A DNA stretch of 63,938 bases, filler included, from Phoronis australis (lineage: Eukaryota; Animalia; Phoronida), in assembly GCA_002633005.1 (NCBI GenBank). It is 7 parts of 7 records of this genome, joined end to end, with 100 filler letters (N's around TTAATTAATTAA, not from the genome) between each part and the next. Parts side by side here need not be neighbours in the genome. Positions count along the whole stretch, not along the records: positions 37,495 to 56,936 come from NMRA01001341.1; positions 57,037 to 62,414 come from NMRA01002348.1; positions 62,515 to 63,938 come from NMRA01000320.1; 4 more parts are not named here. One strand, written 5' to 3'. The notes beneath the pieces were generated by a model. That model was not told the DNA's origin and made no database searches. It saw only the letters and a program-made list of their open reading frames with translations. The position numbers and the translations under genes are program-made. Positions 50,507-62,955 of this stretch are shown piece by piece (positions within the stretch are counted from its first letter, which is position 1; every line of letters starts with the position of its first letter).

Positions 50507-52020
50507 AAATTTATTTAAGAATGGTCGATGACAAATTGAGAACAGTCCTATGAAAGAAATTCTCCACTCCAACAGACCACCAAAACAACTTTTTGGAATT
50601 TTTGTGCTCATTGCGGGGCTCATGACTTCGTGACGTCAACTATTTCTTGAGTTGGGACAGCGCCCTCTGTCCTGTCTGTTCGAGTACTACGTCTGTTTGG
50701 CAAGACCAACATGTTCATTCGATGACTAACCTGTCTGTTTGATGGAAGTGACCTGTTCGTTCGACAAGTAACCTGTTCGTTCGGCGCGAGTAACCTGTCT
50801 GCTCGGCGCAACTAACTTGTTCGTTCGCTAAATAACCTGTCTGTTTGTCGCAAATTAACCAAATAGCCTGTCTGTTTGTCAAAATTTAACCAAATAACCT
50901 GTCTGTTTGCCAAAACTGAACCAAATAACCTGTCTGTTTAAAAAGTAACTTGTTTATTTGGCGCTGGTGTCCATTTTGAACCTTTTCGCTGCCCATACAT
51001 GGGCTAAGTACACTAAACTGTTCAAGGCCAGGTGTTACTAATAAACTTGCAACTACTTGATGCTGAACTGTACAGATTTAACTTCCGACAAAACTTGTGA
51101 AAAAGCACTAAACGCTACTACTGCACATGCAGCAATGAAAAGTTGATTAAAAAATGGATTCATTTGGTAAACAGCGACAAGCTATAAAATTTAATTTATT
51201 GTAAAGGCAGGTACACATTGGATGCAAATACTGGGCGAATGTCAAGCGTACTACAATCTAGGACCTTTTGCTAACATCAGTCATACGTTTAAATTAGTTG
51301 CGGAACTCGGACACACAAATGCTACCCAAAATACCTTGTACGAATCAACAGTGAGGACTTAGTTAGAAGTCCGAGATCGAAATTATTAGCAGACATGAGA
51401 CAATTCACATAGTGACTGAACACCATCACATATCAAAAGAGTATAACAAATAAAAATACGTTGCACCTAAGAATTACACGGTAAATAAGGTATGCTTTCA
51501 ATTATGCACTGACAAAGGGCCCCAGTACGCCTATGGCTATAGTCATAGAGTTAAGATGGCCGTAGGCACTTTACTGCGAATGCGCGCTGTTTTTTCATGC
51601 AACGAAAAGTTGCAACTGACCTTAAGTTGGTAATTTTTCACACTCAGACTCAACGATCAACTTCACAAGCCACTTTGATGGACTATTTGCAGGTTACGAC
51701 AGTCTAATCTAAGGTCGAACACATGACATTTGATCAAACGGGGACCCGCTCATCCAAAACCTTTACGACAAACAGACGGCGCTGGATGCAATGACGCTTT
51801 TACTAACAGGTAGCGCTGCTCGCAGTCAGATAGCAGACAGTCCTAAGTCGTGTTGCGAGTTCGTGAATTATTCATCGATCGTAATTCTGATTAACTCAGC
51901 AGTCCTTTTCAGGACTACCATTGTTTAAAAGTATTTTAAGTGTGATTTAAATTCTAGTAGTAGTATTAAGGTATTTGATTGCAGATTAAACGTTTATTGT
52001 ATAGTAATAACGTCACTTAA

Positions 52021-53175
52021 CTCATTCCTCCCTGATCCCGCCTTATGGCGTGACTGTTTATTTTCACTCAGGGCCTGATGCCGTCTGGAGGCGTTGTCTA
52101 AGAATGTATCTCACAGGCGGATCACGCCTTCAGGAGGGATAGAAGGCAGCAATTTATTGGCTTAAGTTTAAATATATCTAGGGTATTCCCAGTTTTCTAT
52201 CCAATGAGGATTGAGACAACATACTCTGTGTTAACTTCTTGTTTGTGAAGTTAATGCCTATTGGCTGTTATTTCTGGAATTTAGAACCATTTCTTCACAA
52301 GCAAATTATCAATGCAAGGAAAAACCAGGAAGCGTGTTAACTTTGAAGTGGTTGTTGTGGTAATTTTTGAAAGGTTATGAAGATATTCCTCCCTGAAATA
52401 TAGTATGTTTGTTTGATTTGAAGACTAGAATGAAGCTAATTGCCCTGAATTGTAGCCTAATTGGTGTTACATAACACTGCCGTCACCACTTAATTATCTG
52501 CTAGGGTACTCCTGTTTATTTTATTTGAACTGACCAGAAACAATAACAAAATGTTCAATTACTAGGAACATTCGACTCTGTGACTAGCACTGTGCACCCA
52601 CTCACTTGAAATTGCTGCCTTGATATTATACGGACATCATCTCTGCTGCTCTCTCACAGTTCTTGAAGTTTATTATGGAGGATAGTGTGGATACTGATGA
52701 CACTGGTCACATTTAGATATAGACTTCAGTGATTATGGATATGATAGTGTGGATACCGATGGCACTGAGTGGTCAGATTTAGATACAGATTTCAGTGATC
52801 TAGTTTATGATGAGGATATGCTACACAGAAAACTTTCAACTTGACATGTTTTCTGGAAATTTAAATGGATTATTTGTAAACAAACGTCTTTGTTTCTGGA
52901 AAACAAAAAGTAAAACTACTTGTTCAACCCAGTTTATCGATATTGAACTTGGATAAATTTTATATCAACATGAAGCTCATTTACTCAAGATGTATTGCTG
53001 AAAATTTGGTAGTATATGTTTACTAATGACTGAGTGATGAGGTTTTATTTGTGCAGTGCTTGTGACGGGCCTAGTTCTGAGTGAAATACCCTCCGACTTT
53101 CAAGGGGGTAGACATTCCACAGCTCAGCCAGGCCACTAAGCAATTTATTCCATATGGTGCTCAGGGTCGAATGAG
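52021..53175. mobile_element. Non-autonomous piggyBac-like element
   Basis: TTAA|ctcattcctccctga...tcagggtcgaatgag|TTAA; internal duplicated acidic coding-like stretch (EDSVDTDDTG). Confidence 0.72.
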
Positions 53176-53238
53176 TTAATACCTTTGCCTTGCTAATCAT
53201 AAATAAAATTAATTTCCAGGTACAGTCAAGTCACTCAA

Positions 53239-54180
53239 GTGACCTAATTATCGGACGTTTTGGCACATTTTGCATTATATTTAATTGAAAATACTACGGA
53301 TTGTTGTAAATCCTTTGCTGAAATAAAGATTTACCTTCACGGAATTGTTCTGTTACTATATCTTGTCACTGAAAGTCACATTTATGTTCCGACTGATCTT
53401 CAAAAAACACAACAACCAAACCTTCGGAGAACCTAAATATCGGACACCATCCTCCCGTTCAGTAACGCTAGGACCTAGCTTAAAAGCAAGACTTTGCGAG
53501 ATTACGCGAGATATTGCCCTGTATTTTAAATAGGAGCACGTGACCTTGACTAGCTTTTGGCTAGGTCCTAGCGTCTACTCATGTTTCTCCATACGCCACA
53601 CCGCGGAAAACTGACTAACCATGTAATGGCCGCGGGCACCTTGTCGCCAAATTTCAGCTCGAGTGTTTTGACATATATGCTGCTAGAACCCAGGTCCATT
53701 CGCAACAAAATTATCCATAAAATGAAATCTGATGACGGCGCCAAGTCGTTTCGATGAATTAGTGCAGACGACTAAAGCACGTGCAAACTCACTGCAGTTT
53801 TTAGTATCACTTAGGCTTCTTGATATGACACCCGCACGTGCGCGGTCGGGGTTTGACTTGAGTTTAAAAACAAACGAAAAAATGGAACAGTGACATATTG
53901 TCAGTTCAATGAGATAGTGTCATTGTGGAAAAAGATTTTATTTTCAACTTTTATAACTGACTTATGCGATCGTCCATTTTAGGCCGACTTGGGGGTCTAA
54001 ATTGCACCCTCTCTCGGTGAAATCAAAACGAGGCAACGCTGTAAAAAAACGAGACGGTGCCGGACATTGAATGCATTACAACAGAACAAAAATTGGGTAT
54101 CATTTAATTCTCAGATTATGCTTCAAGTAAGATTCTATGAAATGTCCGATATTTAGGTTCCGTCCGATAATTAGGTACAC
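53239..54180. mobile_element. MITE-like element with TIRs
   Basis: acctaattatcggacg (53242) and aacctaaatatcggaca (53430) mirrored by tgtccgatatttaggttccgtccgataattaggt (54143-54176). Confidence 0.55.
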
Positions 54181-54376
54181 TATGTGTAACTAACCGTTTT
54201 AACTTTCAGCGCAAGTTTGCAGCTTTGCTTTTATCCAACCATGCATGTAAGTAAACAATTGACTATTTTTAGAATTTATCTTTGGCATTTGCACACACCA
54301 CATCATTCATAACCATATCTCCATGATGGGTTTATTCCCGTTGTGTTGCTCGTCATAGATAGGTAGATGTCCTACT

Positions 54377-54956
54377 CTCGCTGGTTCCCTGCGTGCCGCT
54401 AGGTGGGGCGGTAGCCGCGCCAGCACGCAGGTATCACTTAAATTTCCTCTGTAAATTTTTTTACACCGGCGTTTCTGATTGGCTAGTCGATTCGTCAACA
54501 GGCAGCGCTTTGCGCAAACAAACTGGCATGGCTTATGTAGTGAAGTGTAAAATAATGTGGTCTGTTGTACAGACAAACCGGTGCTTAAAATTGTGTTCAG
54601 GAAATGTGAAGCCTAGAAATTGTGATTGAGCCTTTTCGGAATGCATCTTTCTACTGTCGATGACTTTTGTTTACGATAGTGTCCTTATACAGTATGAATA
54701 ACACACCGTAATGTGTGTTTATTGTGCATGTATGTGCTTCAGGCATGCGGCTATTAAACATCACTGCAGAAACGAAATATGAGTTGCTGCGACGCCACTT
54801 GCATGACAAGGCTAAAATCGTTCACAGTCTGCCATTTTTTCACGGTGTTGTAAAGCTAACCAATGACTGCCAAGATTACATCGACCAATGCTAAAGCGCG
54901 TGCCACTGCGTGATACCTGCGTGCTGGCTGGGCTAAGCACGCAGGGAACCAGCGAG
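54377..54956. mobile_element. 580-bp MITE with long TSD
   Basis: TIR ctcgctggttccctgcgtg...cacgcagggaaccagcgag flanked by direct repeat atgtcctact (54367-54376, 54957-54966). Confidence 0.85.
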
Positions 54957-55149
54957 ATGTCCTACTACGATATGTACTCCAACCGAGTGATTGTCAAAAA
55001 TAGTGCATTTCAAGTATACGTCAGTGGTGGTACATTTAACAGTTCTGTCATTAAGTTGCATTGCAGTCACACTTCGAGTTTTAATTTCTGTTCCTTAATA
55101 CCAATTGTTTCCGTCAGCAAAACCACAAAATATCATTGTTTCTTGATGT

Positions 55150-56936
55150 TAGATTCTAATCATCACGGACAGCATCCTCAAGTATGCTGAGGAGTTTTCG
55201 ACTACGGAATTACCTGAAACACTGTTGTTGTGTACACGTGCTGTTTCTCCAAGTGCTGTCCGTCATCAGCTAGAATGCATCCTCATCCGATCGATAATTT
55301 CGACCCCTAATCTAGAATCATCACGGATGCCGGGTCCCCGAAGTTGATCAGGCTTCGGTCATCACTTGGAGTGCCACCTGTTGTCTCGCTGTAACCATAA
55401 CCACGACGACGTCTCTTCAGCAGATCTCATCACTGCAGCGACTGCACCAATTAAATTCTTCCTCGACACTATGCTGATACCTAGGAACTTCATCAACCTC
55501 CACATGCTGCTCCCGATGAAACCTCTGCATTCTATTGCGACTGGCATACAAAAACACTTCCAACCAGCTACTGAACAATCATGGGAAAGTTCTGCATACT
55601 TAAGCCTTTTCCTCTCGTTGGCCTTTACCATTCGGGATTCCCATTGGCACTACTATGATGACCGTCTTTGTACCATCTGACCATTAAATACCAAGTCAGG
55701 CCGGAGTGTCGTCGATCACTATATGGCTCAGGAATACTGCCAACGGCCCTACATCCACTATCATCTTCCAATCACTCGCTGTTGAACACACCTGCATCTT
55801 TCCTCCTCCCCAATGCACGTTTTCTGCAAAATGATATTAGCGGGCTTTCGGTGTTGCTAACTACCTTCTTTCTTTCTAGATCCAAAATATGCGCAATCAC
55901 CTTGAGAATCTTGTCATGTCTCCACTTGTATTTGCCTTCTGCCAAAGCCGACTTACAGGATGACAAAACGTGCTGTAAAGTGCAGCGCTCCCCACAACTG
56001 CTGCAATTAAGAATCGTCTTCTATCCTTCCCCATAACTTCAGGTTTTTCGGACTAGGGAGTACGTCATACACGGAACGCAGGATAAAACTTAATCTGTAC
56101 TGGTCACATGAAATCAGGTCGTTCGCTGTAATGCGCCTACTGTGAACCCCCTCCCATGCTGTCCAGGCGCCCTGCTTTCTCAAACCAACAGCATGAGAAA
56201 AGCGCTTCTCCTCTTCCTGATGACGTACTTCGTCTAACACCATAGAACGACGCTCTTTCCCTCTATTTGTTTTCCACCTCTTAAACGGTTTCATGCCAAG
56301 GCCTTCACGTCCTCTAGAAACTGCCCCTACTAAATCTTTATGGTGAAGCCTAGCTGCTCTCTGCTGCTGCTACTTCCTCCTCTGGACTCCACTTCCTTCC
56401 CGCAAAAACGTCAATCTTTACACCACTGATATCACATCTTTCGAGTCCCTCAGAGTCAGGAAAGTCCTGCACTTAACGACTTAAAACTCTTCCACAATTA
56501 TAGATCGTGTAGGTAGGTTTACTGCTGAAGACCTCATGTACTGAGGCCCAACCTGGTGAAACTTGGTGGTATGCCTAACCACTTAGTGCGCAACCAGCGG
56601 CTAACCAAGCGCTCCATCCTCTCCACTGCTGTAATAGGTAGATCGTACACTGTCAAAGGCCACATGGCCTTTGGGACTAGACCAAACTGGTAACACCACA
56701 CCTTAAAGCGGCCAGGTAGTCCACACTTATCGATCTTCTGAAGATTTTCCTGTAAACTTTTTAGCGCTGCTTTTACATGGTCTCCATCCTTCAATGTGCT
56801 GTCATACTCTTTCCCCAGATACTTCACTGACTTGTCAGACACCGAAGGTATCACATCTTCATCCACCTTAAAAGCGAAATGTGGGTTAATCTTCCCTCGA
56901 ACCAACACTAAACTCCTTGATTTTGCTACTTTGAAC
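55150..56936 (-). mobile_element. 3' part of a Hero-clade-like non-LTR retrotransposon (RT end, CCHC knuckle, restriction-like endonuclease), degenerate, cut by a linker
   Basis: VKYLGK, LPGRFKVWCYQ, KWLGIP, SVYDVLPSP.NL..WG, HVLSSC, WRHDKIL, LRPDLV, ANERKRLKY and CRGF motifs. Confidence 0.88.
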
Positions 56937-58764
56937 NNNNNNNNNNNNNNNNNNNNNNNNNNNNNNNNNNNNNNNNNNNNTTAATTAATTAANNNNNNNN
57001 NNNNNNNNNNNNNNNNNNNNNNNNNNNNNNNNNNNNACGCGCACGTAAATACATGTATGAGTTTCTGTCCAGTCCAATTTGTTCTTGGTAAACAGATGCC
57101 TTTTCTTGGATGGATACAAGCCGGTGTTAAAATCGACTAGAGGTATAGAGCTCGCTGTGTAACGCACCGCTCTACGCTTAGCGACTTCGAGACTCTTGTC
57201 CGATTTCTTCATGCTCGTTGACTAAAGACGTAACATCAATGTTCCTATAGAATTTACTGCAAACGCCTTCGTATACAGGTATATAGTTGAAATATATATC
57301 CCACGGCTCCAACGATGTTATAAGACCATACTGTCGGTGTTTTGAGACAGTCGTCCATTCCACGTATAAGTCTAAGAGACCCAAACAATTCCTAAATTTC
57401 ATTAATTTTAGTTAAATTTGTTAACCTCACTGAAAACAGATTGCCAAAGCATAACTATCTAATCATTGGAGAGTGACAGTTCTTCCAATTCCCTATGCAA
57501 AATGACATTTTATATCTAATAATACTTACCACAAACGTCAAAAAAAAAAGGAACTATCGGCACTGTCGAAGTTGGTCGTGATTCTTGTTCTGTGTCTCAA
57601 CGTCGATTATTTAAGCCGTTAGTCAAACAAGTTGATGATAAATTTAGGCAATCTCGGAATCAGATTATCTGTAGCGAAATTTGCATTTTCCCTAGACAGC
57701 GTGTCGAGGAGCGTTGCATGCGTACCAGTGTTCTTAGGCTCCCTACGGAAAATGTTCTCATAATTGATGACCTGGCCCCTTCCAGTTATGACGTGTGGAA
57801 TATTATAAAAATTAAACATTGTTTGGTAACTAAAGTTAAAAGCAAAGCACTCGTCCTGTTGCAAGCAAGTTTTATTTTAGAGAGATTTACTTTAGACCAC
57901 TTGTCTATTGAGGAAACCTTCAGTGTGCCACCAATCGTACTTCAAAGACAATAGAGAGAAGAAGTTTAAGAAGTCGTTGCTTACATGGCGAATGTATACA
58001 TTACGCATTGACTGATCAGAGACTGTACTTGGCAATGAACGTACTCTGTGTTTGGACCGTAAGAGATTTGCTAAAGTATGATTGGATGATCTGTATCAAA
58101 GAAGAAAAGGAGGAGTGTTTTCCTGATATTGAAATGGGTTGAAACGAAAATGAACATAACCGTATAAAAACACATATGCCATAGGAGTTGAGTGTCAAGT
58201 TGTGTCCAATTTAGGACTACGCACTTCTCAAAGTATATTGCGAATTGGCTCCATACCCCTTTAAAAAGGGGCATGGAGCCAATTCGCAATATTTTGAGAT
58301 CAATCCCAACGCGAACTCCAACAGTGGGACTCCGCGGTCATAGCCAAACACTCTGCTGGCGGAGCTAAATCCTCATTGATAACTGGCAATGCGCTATGTG
58401 TACTTTTAAAACATGTTAAGTCATCTACCGCAACCGCCGGGCACTGATTTCAACGAATGTCTGGCAGACATCGGTGAGTATTAGCGATTTGTAATAAAAT
58501 CGCATAAATACGACAATTTTGTTGTTTTAGAAAATCTATGTCAGTTTTTGAATATCACATTTCAGTAAAGATTGGTTTATTCGTTGAAAGGGAATATATT
58601 GTTATATTTTTAGTTTAAAGCCTATCTTGAACGGTAACACATGTAAATTGGAGTATAATTAAGAGCATTGCTCTGAGCCCACCAGTGTCATAAATTGCCA
58701 CATCTAATGAACTGTTAGGGGTATTGGCTTGCTTTTGTTTACGTCACAGCGAGAATCACCTTTT

Positions 58765-58950
58765 AACATGCGCTCACCCAGCCGGCCTAAAAATGGAAGG
58801 GGGGGGGTCGAATTTTTCGGGATGTGGACCTTTTACTAAGATTCACTGGGTACGTTCAGAGTTATGAATTGTGCATTCGCCGAATTTTGATAGTCCTTGC
58901 CTTTATAGTGGACTTTTATTTCATTTTCTACTACTGGGTGAGCGCTTGTT
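58765..58950. mobile_element. Small MITE
   Basis: TIR aacatgcgctcacccag...ctgggtgagcgcttgtt. Confidence 0.65.
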
Positions 58951-59232
58951 TAATTCAAACAGGTGTGAATAACACTCGAGAGCAACTGGTGTTCTAACTT
59001 GTTTGTTCTGAGTTCTCGTAGTGACGCAATATGGCACAAAAAGGCAACTTCACCTATGATTTGACGGGTGATTAATATCGCGTTATCTTATTTTGCTAAG
59101 GCTTTGTTAGGACTATCTGGTTAGCCTAATACATATAAAATTACAAAATTGGTTTGAAACATTTCAATTAAACTTCCTGTTTTCCACGCATGTGTAAATT
59201 GACGCTTGCTTTGGCATATAGACGTAAAAATC

Positions 59233-59477
59233 CAGTGGCGGATCTAGGATACCATAAGGGGGGGGGGCAACATGTTGNNNNNNNNNNNNNNNNNNNNNNN
59301 NNNNNNNNNNNNNNNNNNNNNNNNNNNNNNNNNNNNNNNNNNNNNNNNNNNNNNNNNNNNNNNNNNNNNNNNNNNNNNNNNNNNNNNNNNNNNNNNNNNN
59401 NNNNNNNNNNNNNNNNNNNNNNNNNNNNNNNNNNNNNNNNNNNNNNNNNNNNNNNNNNNNNNNCTAAATCCGCCATG
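59233..59477. mobile_element. Small CAGTGGCGGATC-type MITE spanning an N gap (59278-59463)
   Basis: cagtggcggatctag...ctaaatccgccatg; a similar end at ~37375. Confidence 0.5.
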
Positions 59478-59624
59478 AAATCTATGACCATGAAATTTAT
59501 GTGTCAGTGTAAAACTTGAAGTTTGAAAAACGCACCATTTCAGATATGCGCACATTCCATACGATGACCAAATCATAGCATTCAGACTAATTGTCGCTTG
59601 CAGATCATGCAGCAGTGCGATATA

Positions 59625-61492
59625 CTACAAGAGCAACGCAGAGCGTTGAAATGGGGTGCACACACCACAAACGGAGTGCTTCTAGGGTTGTTTATTTATT
59701 TCATAAAAATAGCCACAAGAGAGCGAAAAAACATCCAATACATCTGAAACTAGGTACATGCCAATGCTTTTTTAATAGAAAGCTATTTAGCAAATATCAT
59801 AAAAATCTGTCAAGGAACTTTAGAGAAACAAAGGAAAACAAAAAATATTGAAATTGCCACTTTGGGACACAGCCTACTTTGGATCCGCTTGAAAGACGTC
59901 GTCATCTGTTGTTAGCTTCATATAAATACAATTACTAAATTTAATAAAGATCCTGTAGTGAGTTTAGGAGATGCAGCTATGGGCAAACAAAACAAAACAA
60001 AACAAAAACAAAACTACCACTAGGAGGCGCTACAGTAGTCGAATGCGTTATTGTCAACCGTTCCCTTCACACTGAGAACATATACCACATATCAATTTTC
60101 AAAGTCATCCTCAGAATGGTTTGGTTGATCGAGGGGTGGACACCAAAAAACAAGACTCGAAAACAGGAATAATGGCCACTAGGTGGTGTAAAAGTTCCTC
60201 GATTCCATCCCAAAGCGGGAAGATAGCATCATCTCACCAATAAATGCCTATATTCCAAATTTTCTGATAATCCTTTGAGGACCTTTGAAGATACAGAGGT
60301 AATCCTAAAAATGAAAATTGCCACTACGGGGCACACTAGTTGTCAGATCCGTCCGAAAGTTGTTGTCATCCGTTGTTAACATCATATAAACACACTTGCT
60401 AAATTTAGCAATGATGCTGATGCGTCACAGTAGCCGAAGTCATTGGTAAATCTTCGTCAGCTTCGTAGTAAAAACATACATGCCAATTTTCACAATCATC
60501 CTTAGTGTGGTTTGGTTGATAGAGGGGTGGACACCAAAAACAGACTAAAAACAGTAAAAATGGCCACTAGAGGGCGCAAACTACGTCAAATCCATCCAAA
60601 AATGGGAGGATAGCTTCATTTCACTAATAGGTGCCTATAATTCAACTTTTATGAAAATACGTTGAGGACCTTTGAAGATACAGAGGTAAACGTAATAATC
60701 ATAAATTGCCTCTAGGGGGCACATCGGTAGTCAGATCTGTCCGAAAGTTGTCGTCATCTCTTGTCAATGATCATATACGCTTGCAGAATTTAGTAAAGAT
60801 CCTGCCAACGGTTTAGGAGATACAGCCATGGGCGCAAAAAGAGACAAAAATGCCACTGGGAGGCGCCGCAGTACTCGAAATTGTCGGAAAATTGTCAGCC
60901 GTCCTCTTATGGTAAGAACACAATCCCATGCCAATTTCCACCCTTACAGCGGTTTGGTTGATAGAGGGGTGGACGCCAAAAAACAGACTCGAAAACAGAA
61001 AAAATGGCCACTAAGTGACGCAAACTACGTCGAATCCATCCGAAAACGGGAGGATAGCATCACCTCACTAATAGGTGTCTATATTCCAAATTTTATGAAA
61101 ATACGTTTGAAGACGGATACAGAGATAAACGTAAAAAAAGGCACACCGGTAGTCAGATCCGTCCGAAAGTCGTCGTCATCCATTGTCAACATCATATAAA
61201 TACGTTAATTGCAGAATATAGTAAAGTTCCTGCCACGCAGTCTTTCAGTGAAGACCTTTGAAGATCGAGGTAAGCCTAAAAAACTAAAATTGCCACTAGG
61301 GGGCACACCGGTAGTCGGCCGGGATCCGCCGTCCGAAAGTTTGCTCATGCCGTCCCATCTATGATAGAAACATATGTGCAAAATTTCATGAACGTAGGTC
61401 AAAGCGTTTTGGAGAGAGCAGCGGACGCCGGACGGACGGACGCCGGAGATGACGGCATAATGCGTCCACATATAAATATGTGGGCGCATAAA
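59625..61492 (+). mobile_element. Helentron-like non-autonomous repeat (HINE/DINE-1 type) with internal ~150-bp tandem subunits
   Basis: 5' acaagagcaacgcagagcgttg hairpin, degenerate tandem units, ggacggacggacg microsatellite and 3' hairpin gcgtccacatataaatatgtgggcgc followed by ataaaaa. Confidence 0.72.
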
Positions 61493-62257
61493 AATTACAC
61501 GCTTTATGTTTGGCAGGTTACCAAGATTGCGAGATAAATTGACTGGAATTTGCCTTGAACAATACATGCTCACCTCGTGAATTGCAATATCATTCCCGGC
61601 ATGAAATGTGACATGTGCGCATCGAGAACGTTCTTCAGTATTATATCGCCTAAGACAGATCCTTCAGCTCTATTAAATCAGTTGTTCACGGTGTCCCATC
61701 AGTCGCCTTACGAGAAATATGCAGAATGTTAAAGTATCAAATAGTCACTATTCTGACCAATCATCTACAATAAGAATGGGCGGAAAGAGTGCATCTTTAG
61801 CCGGAATCTATGTTTCTTACGGTACGAAGGTAGATCCGCCTTGGGGCCCGATGAAGGGACATCAGACGTCCAACGCGCAATCACACGCGATATTTTTTAC
61901 TGACGGCGTATCTGTTTTCTAATAGAACAGCATGCGACTGATGTTTATTTGTCTTTCAAGAACCTTTGAAAGGCATGAAAAACAGGCAATCTAATGGATC
62001 TCCCTGCAGAACGTAAACATACTGCACAACCATTTTTAAGGCAGTGATCAGACAACAGGGACATTTTAAATTAAAAGCAAGAACCGGTTATTGAAGAGCA
62101 TTTCTGACTCTAAGTTCTTTGGATCTTTGTTAATTTACAATAAAATACTTCAGGGTTTATCTTCACATTTCATCAGTCAGCGAACGTAGAAAATAAATGT
62201 GAAACTAAATAAGGCGATCCTCCCAAGGATACTATTGTTTCACGAAATGTAGAATAC

Positions 62258-62392
62258 AAATAAGTAAATAAAACATCAAGAATGGATCAATTGAAATTTT
62301 CGAATGTAATAACGTCCTTTGTCAACAGAAAAGGACGTTATTACATCCGAAAATTTCAGTTGATCCATTCTTGTTGTTTTATTTACCTATTT
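62258..62392. repeat. Near-perfect inverted repeat (~63-bp arms, short loop)
   Basis: caagaatggatcaattgaaattttcgaatgtaataacgtccttt / aaaggacgttattacatccgaaaatttcagttgatccattcttg. Confidence 0.9.
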
Positions 62393-62955
62393 ATATCAGT
62401 CAGCTAATAATTCGNNNNNNNNNNNNNNNNNNNNNNNNNNNNNNNNNNNNNNNNNNNNTTAATTAATTAANNNNNNNNNNNNNNNNNNNNNNNNNNNNNN
62501 NNNNNNNNNNNNNNCAAAATAAACTTTTTATGTTTAGTATCAGCACAACCAATTCAAAAACAAATACAATTATTTAGAAGTTTCGTAACATTGCAGAAAA
62601 AAATCAGAAACTTGGCATAAACTTCAATTTACGAGTTTTTTTATATTTTTACAATATTCATAATATGTATACATATGGATTTTCAAACGCCAGAGATGAG
62701 TAAAATCATCCCGCCTTGGCTATTTTTCCAGAAATAAGTGTTTAGATACTCCATCTCTTGCTTGAGTTAATCCCATAATTTTGAATATTCAATGCATAGA
62801 TATATGACATACATTGATAATCTCTGTACAGCGTCACCTCTGGCAGTGTGACCCCTCGTAGTACTGGGAAAGAATGTAAAACGATGTGGGAAATTCATAT
62901 TCGCAAAATAGCATTATGGTTCATGCGTCTTAGAGATAACATTTTTTTGTTTTAG

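Larger units (their letters stand above)
44404..50997 (+). mobile_element. IS3EU-type DNA transposon (long TIRs, degenerate transposase)
   Basis: Termini TATGGGCAGCGAAAAGGTTCAAAAT...ATTTTGAACCTTTTCGCTGCCCATA; ~350-bp imperfect TIRs with aaacagacaag repeats; flanks (tgtact / catggg) are not a TSD and three single-N joins lie inside. Confidence 0.75.

Noticed and set aside
55150-55280. Canonical SECIS element or canonical hammerhead ribozyme
   Set aside because: The apical region is far too large for a SECIS and there is no NUH cleavage site after stem III; kept only as a non-canonical structure finding
59168-59576. ORFs containing long X runs
   Set aside because: Artefacts of the N gap
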